Below, one piece after another: positions 17,417 through 25,943 of a DNA stretch of 64,000 nt. The DNA is from a virus. Its lineage: Duplodnaviria; Caudoviricetes. The stretch lies in IMG/VR virus record IMGVR_UViG_2842447887_000002, positions 930 to 64,929 of that record; one strand, written 5' to 3'. Numbering within the stretch: the first letter of the stretch is position 1; every line of letters starts with the position of its first letter. Position numbers and translations under genes: made by a program. Below the pieces are notes generated by a model. It saw nothing but the letters and a program-made list of their open reading frames with translations, made no database searches and had not been told where the DNA came from.

Positions 17417-19413
17417 ATTCCATGGCAATGCCGAAGAGCTTCGGGCTCGACAACCGCATGACCGTCGTTCTCTTCGCCGGCATGGGCGGCGGCTGCGACG
17501 GGCTGGAGGATGCCGGGTTTCATGTGCATCTCGCCGTCAATCACGATCCGCTGGCGGTCGCCATGCACGAAAAGCGCCACCCGCATACCAAGCACCTGCG
17601 CTGCGACGTGTTCGAGGTCGACCCGCGCGCGGCGACGCGCGGCCGTGGCGTGCGCATCCTGCATGCATCGCCCGACTGCACACATTTCTCGGTCGCCAAG
17701 GGTTCGAAGCCGGTCAGCAAGCGGCGGCGTTCGCTCGCCTGGGTGATTCCGCGCTGGGCCGGCCAGGTGCGCCCCGAGGTGATCACAATGGAGAACGTGC
17801 AGGAGATCAGGACCTGGGGTCCGCTGATCTGCAAGCGCGACAAGAAGACGGGACGGGCGATGCGCCGCGACGGCTCGGTCGCCGCCAAGGGCGAGCGCAT
17901 TCCCGTCGAGGATCAATGGCTGATCCCGGATCCGCGCCACAAGGGCCGGATCTGGCGTGCCTGGCTGCGGCACATGCAGGGCCTTGGCTATAGCTTTGAG
18001 CACCGCATTCTCGTCTGCGCCGATTACGGCATTCCGACGATCCGCAAGCGCTTCTTCGGCGTCGCGCGCGCCGACGGCGGGCCGATCTACTGGCCCGAGC
18101 GCACGCATGCGCCGCGCGACAAGGCGAAGGCGCTCGGCCTCAAGCCGTGGGTCGGCGCGCATACGATCATCGACTGGTCGCTGCCCGTCAAATCGATCTT
18201 CGACCGCAAGAAGCCGCTCGCCGAGGCGACGCTGCGGCGGATCGCGCGCGGCGTGATGCGCTATGTCGTCAATGCCAAGCGGCCCTTCATCGTGCCGATC
18301 ACCCATACCGGCGGCGATCGCGTGCACGATATCGATGAGCCGCTGCGCACCTTCACGACCGCGCACCGCGGCGAGCTGGCGCTGGTGGTGCCGGCGATTG
18401 CCGGTGTTGGCGGCAGAATGGGGCAGTCGGCGGAGCGCTCGGTCGAGGAGCCGATGCAGACCGTGACCACCAAGCCGGATTCGGTGTTGGTCTCGGCGCA
18501 CCTGACGAAGTTCCGCCCGGGCTCGACCGGCTCGGAAGTCGAGGAGCCTTTGCCGACCTATACGGCGAACAATTTCGAGAAGCGCCCGGGCGGCGCGCCT
18601 CCGATCGGTGTCGCGGCCGTTCACATGTCGACGATGCGCAACGCGCAGAAGCCGTTCGGCGCGGCCGACGAGCCGCTGCATACGATCACCGCCGGCGGGG
18701 CAGGGCTGTCGCTTGTTGCGGCGACGATGGTGCAGACGGGCTATGGCGAGCGGGACGGGCAGATGCCTCGCTCGCTCGATATCGAGGAGCCGGTCGGGAC
18801 GCTGGTGGCGGGCGGTTCGAAGGCGGCCGTCGTGGCGGCCTTCTTGGCGCAGCACAATACGGGCAATGATGGCCACGATGCGCGCGAACCGCTGTCGACG
18901 GTTACCACCGGCGGTGACCGTGGACAGTCACAGCAGGGGGTCGTTGCTGCGGCTCTGACGCGGCTGCGCGGTAACGACAAGGACGGGCAGGATATCGGCC
19001 ATCCCCTGCCGACGCAGACCTGCGGCGGCGGCCATGAAATGCTCATCCTGCCATTCCTGCAAACCTATTACGGCTCGGGCGAGAATAATCACGATGCTCG
19101 AGATCCATTGCACACGGTAACGACCAACGACCGTCACGGCTTCGTCACCGTCCAGGTGAACGGCCAGACGTTGGTGATCACCGATATCTGCATGCGCATG
19201 CTCGATCCCCTGGAGGGCGCGGCGGCGCACGGCTTCGATCCGAAGAGCTTCGACCATGTGATCGAATACATCGACGAGCGCGGCAAGCTCGTGAAACGCA
19301 AGCCGACGAAAACCCAGATCGGCCACCTCGTCGGCAACAGCGTCCCGAAAAAGATGATCCAGCTGCTGGCCGAGTGCAACGGCCGCTACGAATTCGTGGA
19401 GGCGGCAGAGTGA
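17413..19413 (+). CDS. DNA cytosine-5 methyltransferase with an expanded repetitive variable region
   Basis: Motif I LFAGMGG, catalytic SPDC, ENV, RKRFF, terminal GNSV. Confidence 0.92.
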   Translation: MNSMAMPKSFGLDNRMTVVLFAGMGGGCDGLEDAGFHVHLAVNHDPLAVAMHEKRHPHTKHLRCDVFEVDPRAATRGRGVRILHASPDCTHFSVAKGSKPVSKRRRSLAWVIPRWAGQVRPEVITMENVQEIRTWGPLICKRDKKTGRAMRRDGSVAAKGERIPVEDQWLIPDPRHKGRIWRAWLRHMQGLGYSFEHRILVCADYGIPTIRKRFFGVARADGGPIYWPERTHAPRDKAKALGLKPWVGAHTIIDWSLPVKSIFDRKKPLAEATLRRIARGVMRYVVNAKRPFIVPITHTGGDRVHDIDEPLRTFTTAHRGELALVVPAIAGVGGRMGQSAERSVEEPMQTVTTKPDSVLVSAHLTKFRPGSTGSEVEEPLPTYTANNFEKRPGGAPPIGVAAVHMSTMRNAQKPFGAADEPLHTITAGGAGLSLVAATMVQTGYGERDGQMPRSLDIEEPVGTLVAGGSKAAVVAAFLAQHNTGNDGHDAREPLSTVTTGGDRGQSQQGVVAAALTRLRGNDKDGQDIGHPLPTQTCGGGHEMLILPFLQTYYGSGENNHDARDPLHTVTTNDRHGFVTVQVNGQTLVITDICMRMLDPLEGAAAHGFDPKSFDHVIEYIDERGKLVKRKPTKTQIGHLVGNSVPKKMIQLLAECNGRYEFVEAAE

Positions 19414-19416
19414 GCG

Positions 19417-19674
19417 ATGGCCGAACAAACGGGATTGCAGTGGCGTGATGAAACTTACCGATGGCTCGCGAAGAGCGGGTCGGTGGATGTCGGGGCGGTT
19501 TACCCGCCGCCCGCGCTCGCGCGGCTGTGGCGCTGGCGGGTCTGGGTGACGGAAAGCGGCACATCCGCGACTGGCACCGAATTGCGAGAGGACGCGGCGC
19601 GGCGCCGGGTCGAGGAGAGATTTCAAGGATTTCTGGCGGCGGCGGGACTAGCGCCGAAAAGCCAGGCGGAATGA
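19417..19674 (+). CDS. Hypothetical protein
   Basis: 85-aa ORF following the MTase. Confidence 0.55.
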   Translation: MAEQTGLQWRDETYRWLAKSGSVDVGAVYPPPALARLWRWRVWVTESGTSATGTELREDAARRRVEERFQGFLAAAGLAPKSQAE

Positions 19675-19739
19675 TGAGGGCGATGCGATGAACGGTTTGA
19701 CGCGCACGCGGGATGCGCGACGGGGAAGGCGGTGACGGC

Positions 19740-20222
19740 ATGAATGTCCAGCCTTTCCTTTTCGGCGATGGATGGATCGAAGTGCGCGATGGCAATGACA
19801 CCGCCCGCGCGCTCTTCGATCGTCACTACAGCCGGTATTTCTATTCTGACGGCAGAAAGCCGAAGCTCTTCGTCGGGCCTGGCGAGAAAATGGTTCTGCT
19901 GACTGCCGACGCCGGTGCCGTTTGCGTCTGGCGCAAATTCATCAGCGGCGACGGCCAGCATGGCGTCAACTGCGCCGTGTTTCGCCGTGAGGCTGGCGAC
20001 GTCGCAAGCGCGCTTCTCGCCAAGGCGCGGTGTCTTGCGTGGCGGCGCTGGCCTAGCGAGCGCCTTTACACCTATGTCGATCCTCGGCAGGTACAGCCGA
20101 CGTTCCGCGCCGGCCGGCCGACCTGGGGACACTGCTTCTATTATGATGGCTGGCGCTTCGAGGGCCTGACGAAGAAGGGGCTGCATATCCTGGCGCGCTA
20201 CCCCTCGGGAGGTGCGTCGTGA
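19740..20222 (+). CDS. Mom-like/GNAT-fold putative DNA-modification protein
   Basis: RALFDRHYS, NCAVFRRE, LYTYVDP...GHCFYYDGW..G pattern. Confidence 0.55.
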   Translation: MNVQPFLFGDGWIEVRDGNDTARALFDRHYSRYFYSDGRKPKLFVGPGEKMVLLTADAGAVCVWRKFISGDGQHGVNCAVFRREAGDVASALLAKARCLAWRRWPSERLYTYVDPRQVQPTFRAGRPTWGHCFYYDGWRFEGLTKKGLHILARYPSGGAS

Positions 20223-21559
20223 GCCACGAAGCCACCATGTGGGCCGTCAAGGTGCGCGGCATCAGCTGCACCGAGGCGCGGGTGCTCTGGCACCTGGCCG
20301 ATTGCCATAACCCGATCTTCGGCTGTTATCCCAAGCAGGATTATCTGGCCGACGCCTGCGAGATCGACGAGCGCTCGGTGCGCCGTTCGCTGACCTCGCT
20401 GCGCGACAAGGGGCTGGTTAACTGGATCGAGCAGCGCGAGGGAAAGAACCGCAAGGCGAACCGCTACAGCCTTGGTTTTGAAGCCGGTTTCCGCCGCTAT
20501 GAGGACGACGATTCCACCGAAAATGAACCGGACAATTTGTCCGCTTCATGCGAGGCATCAACCGGACAGGAAGGCGCCCTTCAACCGGACTCAGATGACG
20601 CTTTGAACCGGACTCCTGAGTCCTCAATAGAACCTGTAAGGGAACCTGTAATAGAACCCGTAACGGAGAGAGGGAGCGCGCGCGAGGTTTCGGAAGATGA
20701 TCCGAAAATGCTCCGCAAGCGGTTCCAGGCGCTGATCGTCGGCAAGCACGACAATCCCTGGCCCGATGTCCTATCATCGGCGCCGGAATGGGCGTTTCAG
20801 CATTTCGTCAAGCTCTCGCCGGAAGAGCGGCTGCGCGCCGAAGAGCGCCGCGATGCCTATCTGGCTGCCTGCCCGAAGACCCTGTCCGGCGAGCACAAGG
20901 GCAGACCGAAGGCGGCGGCGCTCGGTGTCTATCTCCGTGACCGGATGTTCGACCTCGTCGATGCGATCGCGCCGCAGGTGGTCAGCCGGCAGGCCGAGAA
21001 ACGCAAGCAGGAGGAGGCCATTCCGGTCCCGCCATTCGGTCCGATCTGGGCGGGCAAGCGGGCCTTGGCGCTGCTGGAGGGTCCGATCGACATCGAACTG
21101 CCGCCCAATCTGCTCGAGCTCGCCGTCGAAACCTACAACCGCCTGCGCCGTAGCAACGTGTCGACAAGCACCTGGCTCGAAACACGCGGTATCGTCGTCG
21201 ACGGTGGCGAGCTGGTGTTTCCACCCGGCTATCGTGACCAGGAGCGCCGGCGCCGTGAATGCGACAGCGGCTATCCGGAAGCGCATGCGCTTGACAAGCT
21301 CGCCAAGGAACGGGGCAGGGGAACGGCCGACGCCCGCTTCGCCATCCTTTCCGATCTCTGCGAGGCCGTACCGGTCGGCTCGGAAACCTACGAGCAGTGG
21401 CGCGCCTATCACCAGCAGATGAACTGGCCCTTCGTCCCTGATCCGGGCGGCATGCGGGTGGTCTACTTTCCGAAGGGCGGGCCGGAAGGATTGCGTGAAT
21501 TCGAGATAGCCGCACGGGCGGCATTGAGCATGGAGCGGGGCGATGACGATGCAGTTTAG
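20219..21559 (+). CDS. Replication initiator (N-terminal winged HTH, lambda O-like)
   Basis: EARVLWHLADCHN...CYPKQDYLADACEIDERSVRRSL..L...GLV; internal iterons. Confidence 0.85.
   Translation: MSHEATMWAVKVRGISCTEARVLWHLADCHNPIFGCYPKQDYLADACEIDERSVRRSLTSLRDKGLVNWIEQREGKNRKANRYSLGFEAGFRRYEDDDSTENEPDNLSASCEASTGQEGALQPDSDDALNRTPESSIEPVREPVIEPVTERGSAREVSEDDPKMLRKRFQALIVGKHDNPWPDVLSSAPEWAFQHFVKLSPEERLRAEERRDAYLAACPKTLSGEHKGRPKAAALGVYLRDRMFDLVDAIAPQVVSRQAEKRKQEEAIPVPPFGPIWAGKRALALLEGPIDIELPPNLLELAVETYNRLRRSNVSTSTWLETRGIVVDGGELVFPPGYRDQERRRRECDSGYPEAHALDKLAKERGRGTADARFAILSDLCEAVPVGSETYEQWRAYHQQMNWPFVPDPGGMRVVYFPKGGPEGLREFEIAARAALSMERGDDDAV
20526..20663 (+). repeat. Putative replication origin iterons within the initiator gene
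   Basis: AACCGGAC at 20526, 20560, 20583, 20606; GAACC(T/C)GTAA x3 with 12-bp period; palindrome CGGACAATTTGTCCG. Confidence 0.7.
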
Positions 21560-22223
21560 GAAGGGTGATCCCACTGGGATGATCGTCGTTAGCGCCGAGG
21601 CTTGGCTGAAGCGCAACAAGGCGGCGGGCGCAACCCGGCTGCAGATCGACCACCTGAACATGGCTTCGAGGGGCACGGTGATTCGCTTGTCGAACGACCC
21701 GGCAGCCCCTAGGCCGGGTTGGTTCTGCCTCAGGGTGGCAACCGGACAGGAAATCGCTGTGGAAAAAGTGCTGACAGCGGCGGATGTGGAATCGCTGGTT
21801 GTGATGACGAACTGCTGCAAGGTGATGGTTCGCAAGCGGGTGCGGGTCATCAGTGCGCGTCCCGTCATTCCTGGTTACGTGCTCGTCCACTGCTCTCCTG
21901 TCGCGCAGGCTATGATGGGTCTGCTGCATGTCAAGGGCGTCATCGACGTGGTTGGCGGCGCTATCCGACCTTATCGGGCAGATGCGGAATCCATACATCG
22001 TTTCAAGAAGATGGCCGAAGAGGGAAAGTACGATGCGCCGGTCAGCAAGGAGCGCCGCTTCGAGCTGAAGGAGCAGGTGCGGATCACCGATGGACCGTTT
22101 GCATCGTTCCCGGGGATCATCGTCTCGATCGACGACGAGAAGGGTTATGTGTCGCTCGACGTGGACATCTTCGGACGCCCGACGCCCGTGCAGCTGATGC
22201 TTGATCAAATCGAAAAGATGTGA
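21543..22223 (+). CDS. NusG-family transcription antiterminator (late activator)
   Basis: WFCLRVATGQE, PVIPGYVLV, KOW VRITDGPFASFPGII, LDVDIFGRPTPV. Confidence 0.9.
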   Translation: MTMQFRKGDPTGMIVVSAEAWLKRNKAAGATRLQIDHLNMASRGTVIRLSNDPAAPRPGWFCLRVATGQEIAVEKVLTAADVESLVVMTNCCKVMVRKRVRVISARPVIPGYVLVHCSPVAQAMMGLLHVKGVIDVVGGAIRPYRADAESIHRFKKMAEEGKYDAPVSKERRFELKEQVRITDGPFASFPGIIVSIDDEKGYVSLDVDIFGRPTPVQLMLDQIEKM

Positions 22224-22243
22224 TCAGAGTCCGGGCCGTGGAC

Positions 22244-22505
22244 GATCCTAGATCCCAGTGCGGGCTTTGAGTCGGTGGCATGACCATCGGCAAACGAGGC
22301 GACAAACCTCGGAGCTGCTTGCCGGTAGGACCCCGCTTTGACAGCCTCCATATGAGGCATCAAGTCAAGGCCAGTGCCACTGCATTGTTTCCAAGTTCGA
22401 TGATGTTTGGTGCTGCTCTGGGTTAGCAGCGGTTTTGTCAACCTGACATCTATAAGCGGCCCAGCGGTCGAACGTGAAGGGCGGCCCCATCCGGCCGCCC
22501 TTTCC
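22244..22505 (+). ncRNA. Putative structured late-leader RNA
   Basis: At least six hand-verified helices in a non-coding stretch between nusG and cos. Confidence 0.45.
22477..22505 (+). terminator. Terminator-like hairpin upstream of cos
   Basis: AAGGGCGGCC-CCATCC-GGCCGCCCTT followed by pyrimidines (short U-tract). Confidence 0.55.
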
Positions 22506-22526
22506 TCAATCCTCAAGACTTGCCGC

Positions 22527-22579
22527 GGGTCCTTCCCGGCCGCGAACGTAAAGCGGGTGAGGCGGCAGCGCGGGATTTT
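22527..22579 (+). other. Lambda-type cos site (cosQ-cosN)
   Basis: GGGTCCT (lambda cosQ), then 23 nt, a 12-mer and CGCGGGATTTT; same spacing as lambda; immediately upstream of terS. Confidence 0.7.
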
Positions 22580-22602
22580 GGGGTGTGAATGCATCCTGAG
22601 GG

Positions 22603-23277
22603 GTGGCCGATTTCCTTGTTGTTGTTGTTATGAGCGATCTGACCGAAAGCGAGATCAAAGCGCTGTGCGAACGCTATCCCTTGCCCGAAGGGGTGGAGGA
22701 TTGCGTCATGTCGCGCGAAGAGCTGGCCGAGACGCTGCAGGTGTCGCTCAACACGGTTTCGGCCTGGCTGTCGAAGGGCATGCCGATGCTGCAGGAAGGT
22801 GGGCCGGGCAAGTCCTACGAGCTGCAGCTGTCTGCATGCTTCGCCTGGCGGCAAGCGCAGAAGGCAGATGAGGATCTGCGTTCGGCGCAAGTCAAGCGCG
22901 CCCAGGCGGCGATGCGGCTGGCGCTCGTCGGCGGTGCGACCGGCGACACGATCGAGGCGCTGGATCCGAAGACGCGGCGCGAGATCATGGCGGCGCAGAT
23001 CGAGCAGGAGCGTTTCCAGCGCGAGCGCAACCAGCTGATGCGGCGCGACGACGTGCATGAGATGATGGAGCTGGTTTACGGCATCATCCGCGACCGGATG
23101 AACGCCGCACCCGACCACATCGAACGGCGCAACGCGCTCGAGCCGAAGCTGGTGCAGGAGCTGATCGACGCCTGCGACGATATCGTCTCCGATGTCCGCG
23201 GCGCGATAGACCGTTTCTGGCGCGAGCGGCCGGTGCGTGAAGGTGCCGGCGATCGGCGCGACCTCTTCGATAGCTGA
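22603..23277 (+). CDS. terS: Terminase small subunit (Nu1-like/DUF1441)
   Basis: MSREELAETLQVSLNTVSAWLSKGMP winged helix; upstream of terL. Confidence 0.85.
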   Translation: MADFLVVVVMSDLTESEIKALCERYPLPEGVEDCVMSREELAETLQVSLNTVSAWLSKGMPMLQEGGPGKSYELQLSACFAWRQAQKADEDLRSAQVKRAQAAMRLALVGGATGDTIEALDPKTRREIMAAQIEQERFQRERNQLMRRDDVHEMMELVYGIIRDRMNAAPDHIERRNALEPKLVQELIDACDDIVSDVRGAIDRFWRERPVREGAGDRRDLFDS

Positions 23278-25427
23278 TGTCGGGCTCTTCCGTCGCCCGT
23301 CCGTGGGAGCGGTTCCTGCCGCCTGTCCCGCCACCGGCTTTCGCCGATCCGTGGGATCATGCCGCTGGCCCGGCGCTGTCGGTACTGGCGCCGGCGCGGC
23401 GCATCGACGTGCCGACCTGGGCGTCAAGCCGCAAGGTGTCGACGGCGGCGGGCCTCATCACCTGGCGCAACGACTTCGCGCCGTACATGGTCGAGCCGTC
23501 GAAGATGGCGACATCGAGGCGTTACCGGGCGGTCGGCTTCTGCGGCCCGGCGCGCACGGTGAAGTCGGAAAGCCTGATCCTCAACACGATCGGCCAGCGC
23601 ATCGAGTGCAATCCGCGTGACATGCTGGTGGTCTGCTCGACGCAGGACACCGCGAAGCAGTTTTCCGAGCGCAAGCTGGCGCCGATGATCCGGGAGAACC
23701 GGCAGCTTGCGGCCGCGCAGCTTGCCGGCCGCGGCGCCGACAACATCCACGAGAAGCGCTTCGCGGGAAACATGAACCTGCAGATCCGCTGGCCTGTCAT
23801 CGGTTACTTCTCGCAGAACGAATATTTCGACGTTCTGCTGACCGACCTCGACCGCATGACGGACGATATCGGCGGCGAAGGCTCGGCCTTCATCCTGGCG
23901 CTGAAGCGCATCCAGCATGCCGGCAGCCAGGGCAAGGTGATCGCCGAGTCCTCGCCCGGTTATGTGGTGACGGTCGACGACTGGAAACCGTCGACGGTGC
24001 ATGAGGCGCCGCCCTGCGACGGCGGCATCCTGCCGATCTTCAACGCCGGCACGCGCGGATCCTGGTATTGGACCTGCCCGCATTGCGGCGATCCGTTCCG
24101 GCCGCTGTTCGAGCGGCTGCACTATGAGCGCAGGTCAACGCCGGGCGAGTCCGCCCGCACCGTCGAGATGGTCTGTCCGAACGGCTGCTGCATCGGACCG
24201 GACCGGAAGAACGAACTGAACAGCGGCGGCTTCTGGCTGCACGAAACGGCCGATGGGCAGAGCGCCGTGCCGATCGAAGAACCCGACGTACGCGACACCG
24301 ATATCGTCTCCTACTGGATGGAGGGGCCGGCCGCCGCGCTGCAGACCTGGCAGGAGCTGATCAGGGTCGCCGAGCAGTCGCGCCGCACCTTCGACGAGAC
24401 GGGCAGCGACAAGGATCTGAAGACGACCGTCTTTCAGGACCAGGGCCGCCCCTATCTGCCGCAGGTGCGCACCGTTGGCGACGCGCTGTCGGCCGAGACG
24501 CTGAAGGCGCTTGCCGAACCCTATCCGATGAAGGTGGCGCCGGCGGCAACGCGCTTCGTCACCTACCAGGTCGACGTGCAGCCGAACCGCTTCGTCGTCC
24601 AGGCGGACGCCTGGGGGCCGGGATTGGAGCGCTGGCTGATCGACCGCTTCGATATCCACGATGCGCCGGCCGGCGCGCCAGGGGCTGCCGAGCGGTCGAT
24701 CGACCCGCCGCGCTACTACGAGGATTGGGCGGTGCTGTCTGATCTGCTCGACAAGGCCTATCCAGTCGCCGGCTCCGGCTTTGCGCTGCTGCCGCGGGCG
24801 ATCGTGGTCGACCTGCACGGCGCCAAGGGCACTACCGATCACGCCTATCACTGGTGGCGTCATCACCGGAAGCAGGGCAACGCCGGGCGCTGCTACATCC
24901 AGCGCGGCCGCGGCGGACCGGAGCGCGAGCGCGCCGTCTACAAGACGCCGGAAAAGGTGCAGGGCACGAAGAAGCGGCGCAAGTCCGACCTGATGGTCAT
25001 CGAGACCGGGACGGATCCGCTGAAGGACGAGGTGATCATGTCGCTCACCCGTAAGGAAGCCGGCCCGGGCAAGTATCACCTGCCGGAAGCGCTTCCGGCC
25101 TCGGCCTTTGAAGAATTCTGCGCCGAAGTGCGGACCGACGAAGGCTGGCGTGAACGCAAGAGCGGCCTGCGCAACGAGTCGCTCGACCTCGCCGTCTACG
25201 GCAAGTCGCTGGCGATCGTGCTCAAGGCCGAGCGGATCGACTGGAAGCGGCCGCCGATGTGGGCCGCGCCGCTCGAGAAGAACGCTTACGCGGTGAAGGT
25301 CGGCGCGGCCGCGGTTGCTGCCGATGCTGACGAAGATGCTCCAGCGCCGGCGCCGGTCGCCATCGCAGCGCCGGCGCAAAAGACTGCTCCTCGGCGGCGG
25401 GTCCGCCGCAGTTCCTGGATGGGGTGA
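23277..25427 (+). CDS. terL: Terminase large subunit (gpA family)
   Basis: GPARTVKSE, LTDLDR, ESSPG, CPHCG, VDVQ, RNESLDLAVY. Confidence 0.92.
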   Translation: MSGSSVARPWERFLPPVPPPAFADPWDHAAGPALSVLAPARRIDVPTWASSRKVSTAAGLITWRNDFAPYMVEPSKMATSRRYRAVGFCGPARTVKSESLILNTIGQRIECNPRDMLVVCSTQDTAKQFSERKLAPMIRENRQLAAAQLAGRGADNIHEKRFAGNMNLQIRWPVIGYFSQNEYFDVLLTDLDRMTDDIGGEGSAFILALKRIQHAGSQGKVIAESSPGYVVTVDDWKPSTVHEAPPCDGGILPIFNAGTRGSWYWTCPHCGDPFRPLFERLHYERRSTPGESARTVEMVCPNGCCIGPDRKNELNSGGFWLHETADGQSAVPIEEPDVRDTDIVSYWMEGPAAALQTWQELIRVAEQSRRTFDETGSDKDLKTTVFQDQGRPYLPQVRTVGDALSAETLKALAEPYPMKVAPAATRFVTYQVDVQPNRFVVQADAWGPGLERWLIDRFDIHDAPAGAPGAAERSIDPPRYYEDWAVLSDLLDKAYPVAGSGFALLPRAIVVDLHGAKGTTDHAYHWWRHHRKQGNAGRCYIQRGRGGPERERAVYKTPEKVQGTKKRRKSDLMVIETGTDPLKDEVIMSLTRKEAGPGKYHLPEALPASAFEEFCAEVRTDEGWRERKSGLRNESLDLAVYGKSLAIVLKAERIDWKRPPMWAAPLEKNAYAVKVGAAAVAADADEDAPAPAPVAIAAPAQKTAPRRRVRRSSWMG

Positions 25428-25702
25428 TCACCATGATCCGCGCGCTCGTCTTTCTCGCCGTTATCATCATCTGGGTCATGGCCCTGGAATCGTTCCTGTC
25501 GATGGCCCACGCCAAGCAGGAACAGGTGAGGCCGGAGCGACCGGTACCGACGATTGCGAAGCCGATGCCGGCTGCAAGGCGGTGTCCGCCGCCCATCTGG
25601 ATCCGCTTCTGGGTGCAGGATGGGGCTGGCGGCCTCAAGCTGATCGGCGTGCAGATCGTCGAGCCGCGGTGCGCGGCGAACAGTCCGAAACTTTTCCCTT
25701 AA
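25424..25702 (+). CDS. Small exported/membrane protein inserted between terL and gpW
   Basis: Hydrophobic N-terminus with AHA cleavage-like motif; GTGA overlap with terL. Confidence 0.55.
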   Translation: MITMIRALVFLAVIIIWVMALESFLSMAHAKQEQVRPERPVPTIAKPMPAARRCPPPIWIRFWVQDGAGGLKLIGVQIVEPRCAANSPKLFP

Positions 25703-25719
25703 CGAGGCGAGCAAGGCCC

Positions 25720-25941
25720 ATGGCTGACACCGTTGAAACGTTGACCGCGCGGCGGGTCGCGATCGTCAAGGCACGGGATTCCGGCGTGCTGACGATCAGG
25801 CACGGCGATGAGCAGACGACGTTCCGCTCGCTCGCCGAGATGAACAAGATCGTCGCCAATCTCGATGCGCAGATCGCCGCGCTGCAGGGCACGCAAAAGA
25901 AGCGCGTCCGCTACGCCTATCAATCCGGGAAAGGTCTCTGA
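25720..25941 (+). CDS. Head-tail adaptor gpW-like
   Basis: ARDSGVLTIRHGDEQTTFRSLAEM; position before the portal gene. Confidence 0.85.
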   Translation: MADTVETLTARRVAIVKARDSGVLTIRHGDEQTTFRSLAEMNKIVANLDAQIAALQGTQKKRVRYAYQSGKGL

Positions 25942-25943
25942 GG

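Noticed and set aside
17299-18876. Long opposite-strand ORFs (also 24135-25379, 37206-38426, 20982-22208, 14117-15076 and many others)
   Set aside because: Shadows of real genes in GC-rich DNA; Arg/Ala/Pro-rich translations with no motifs
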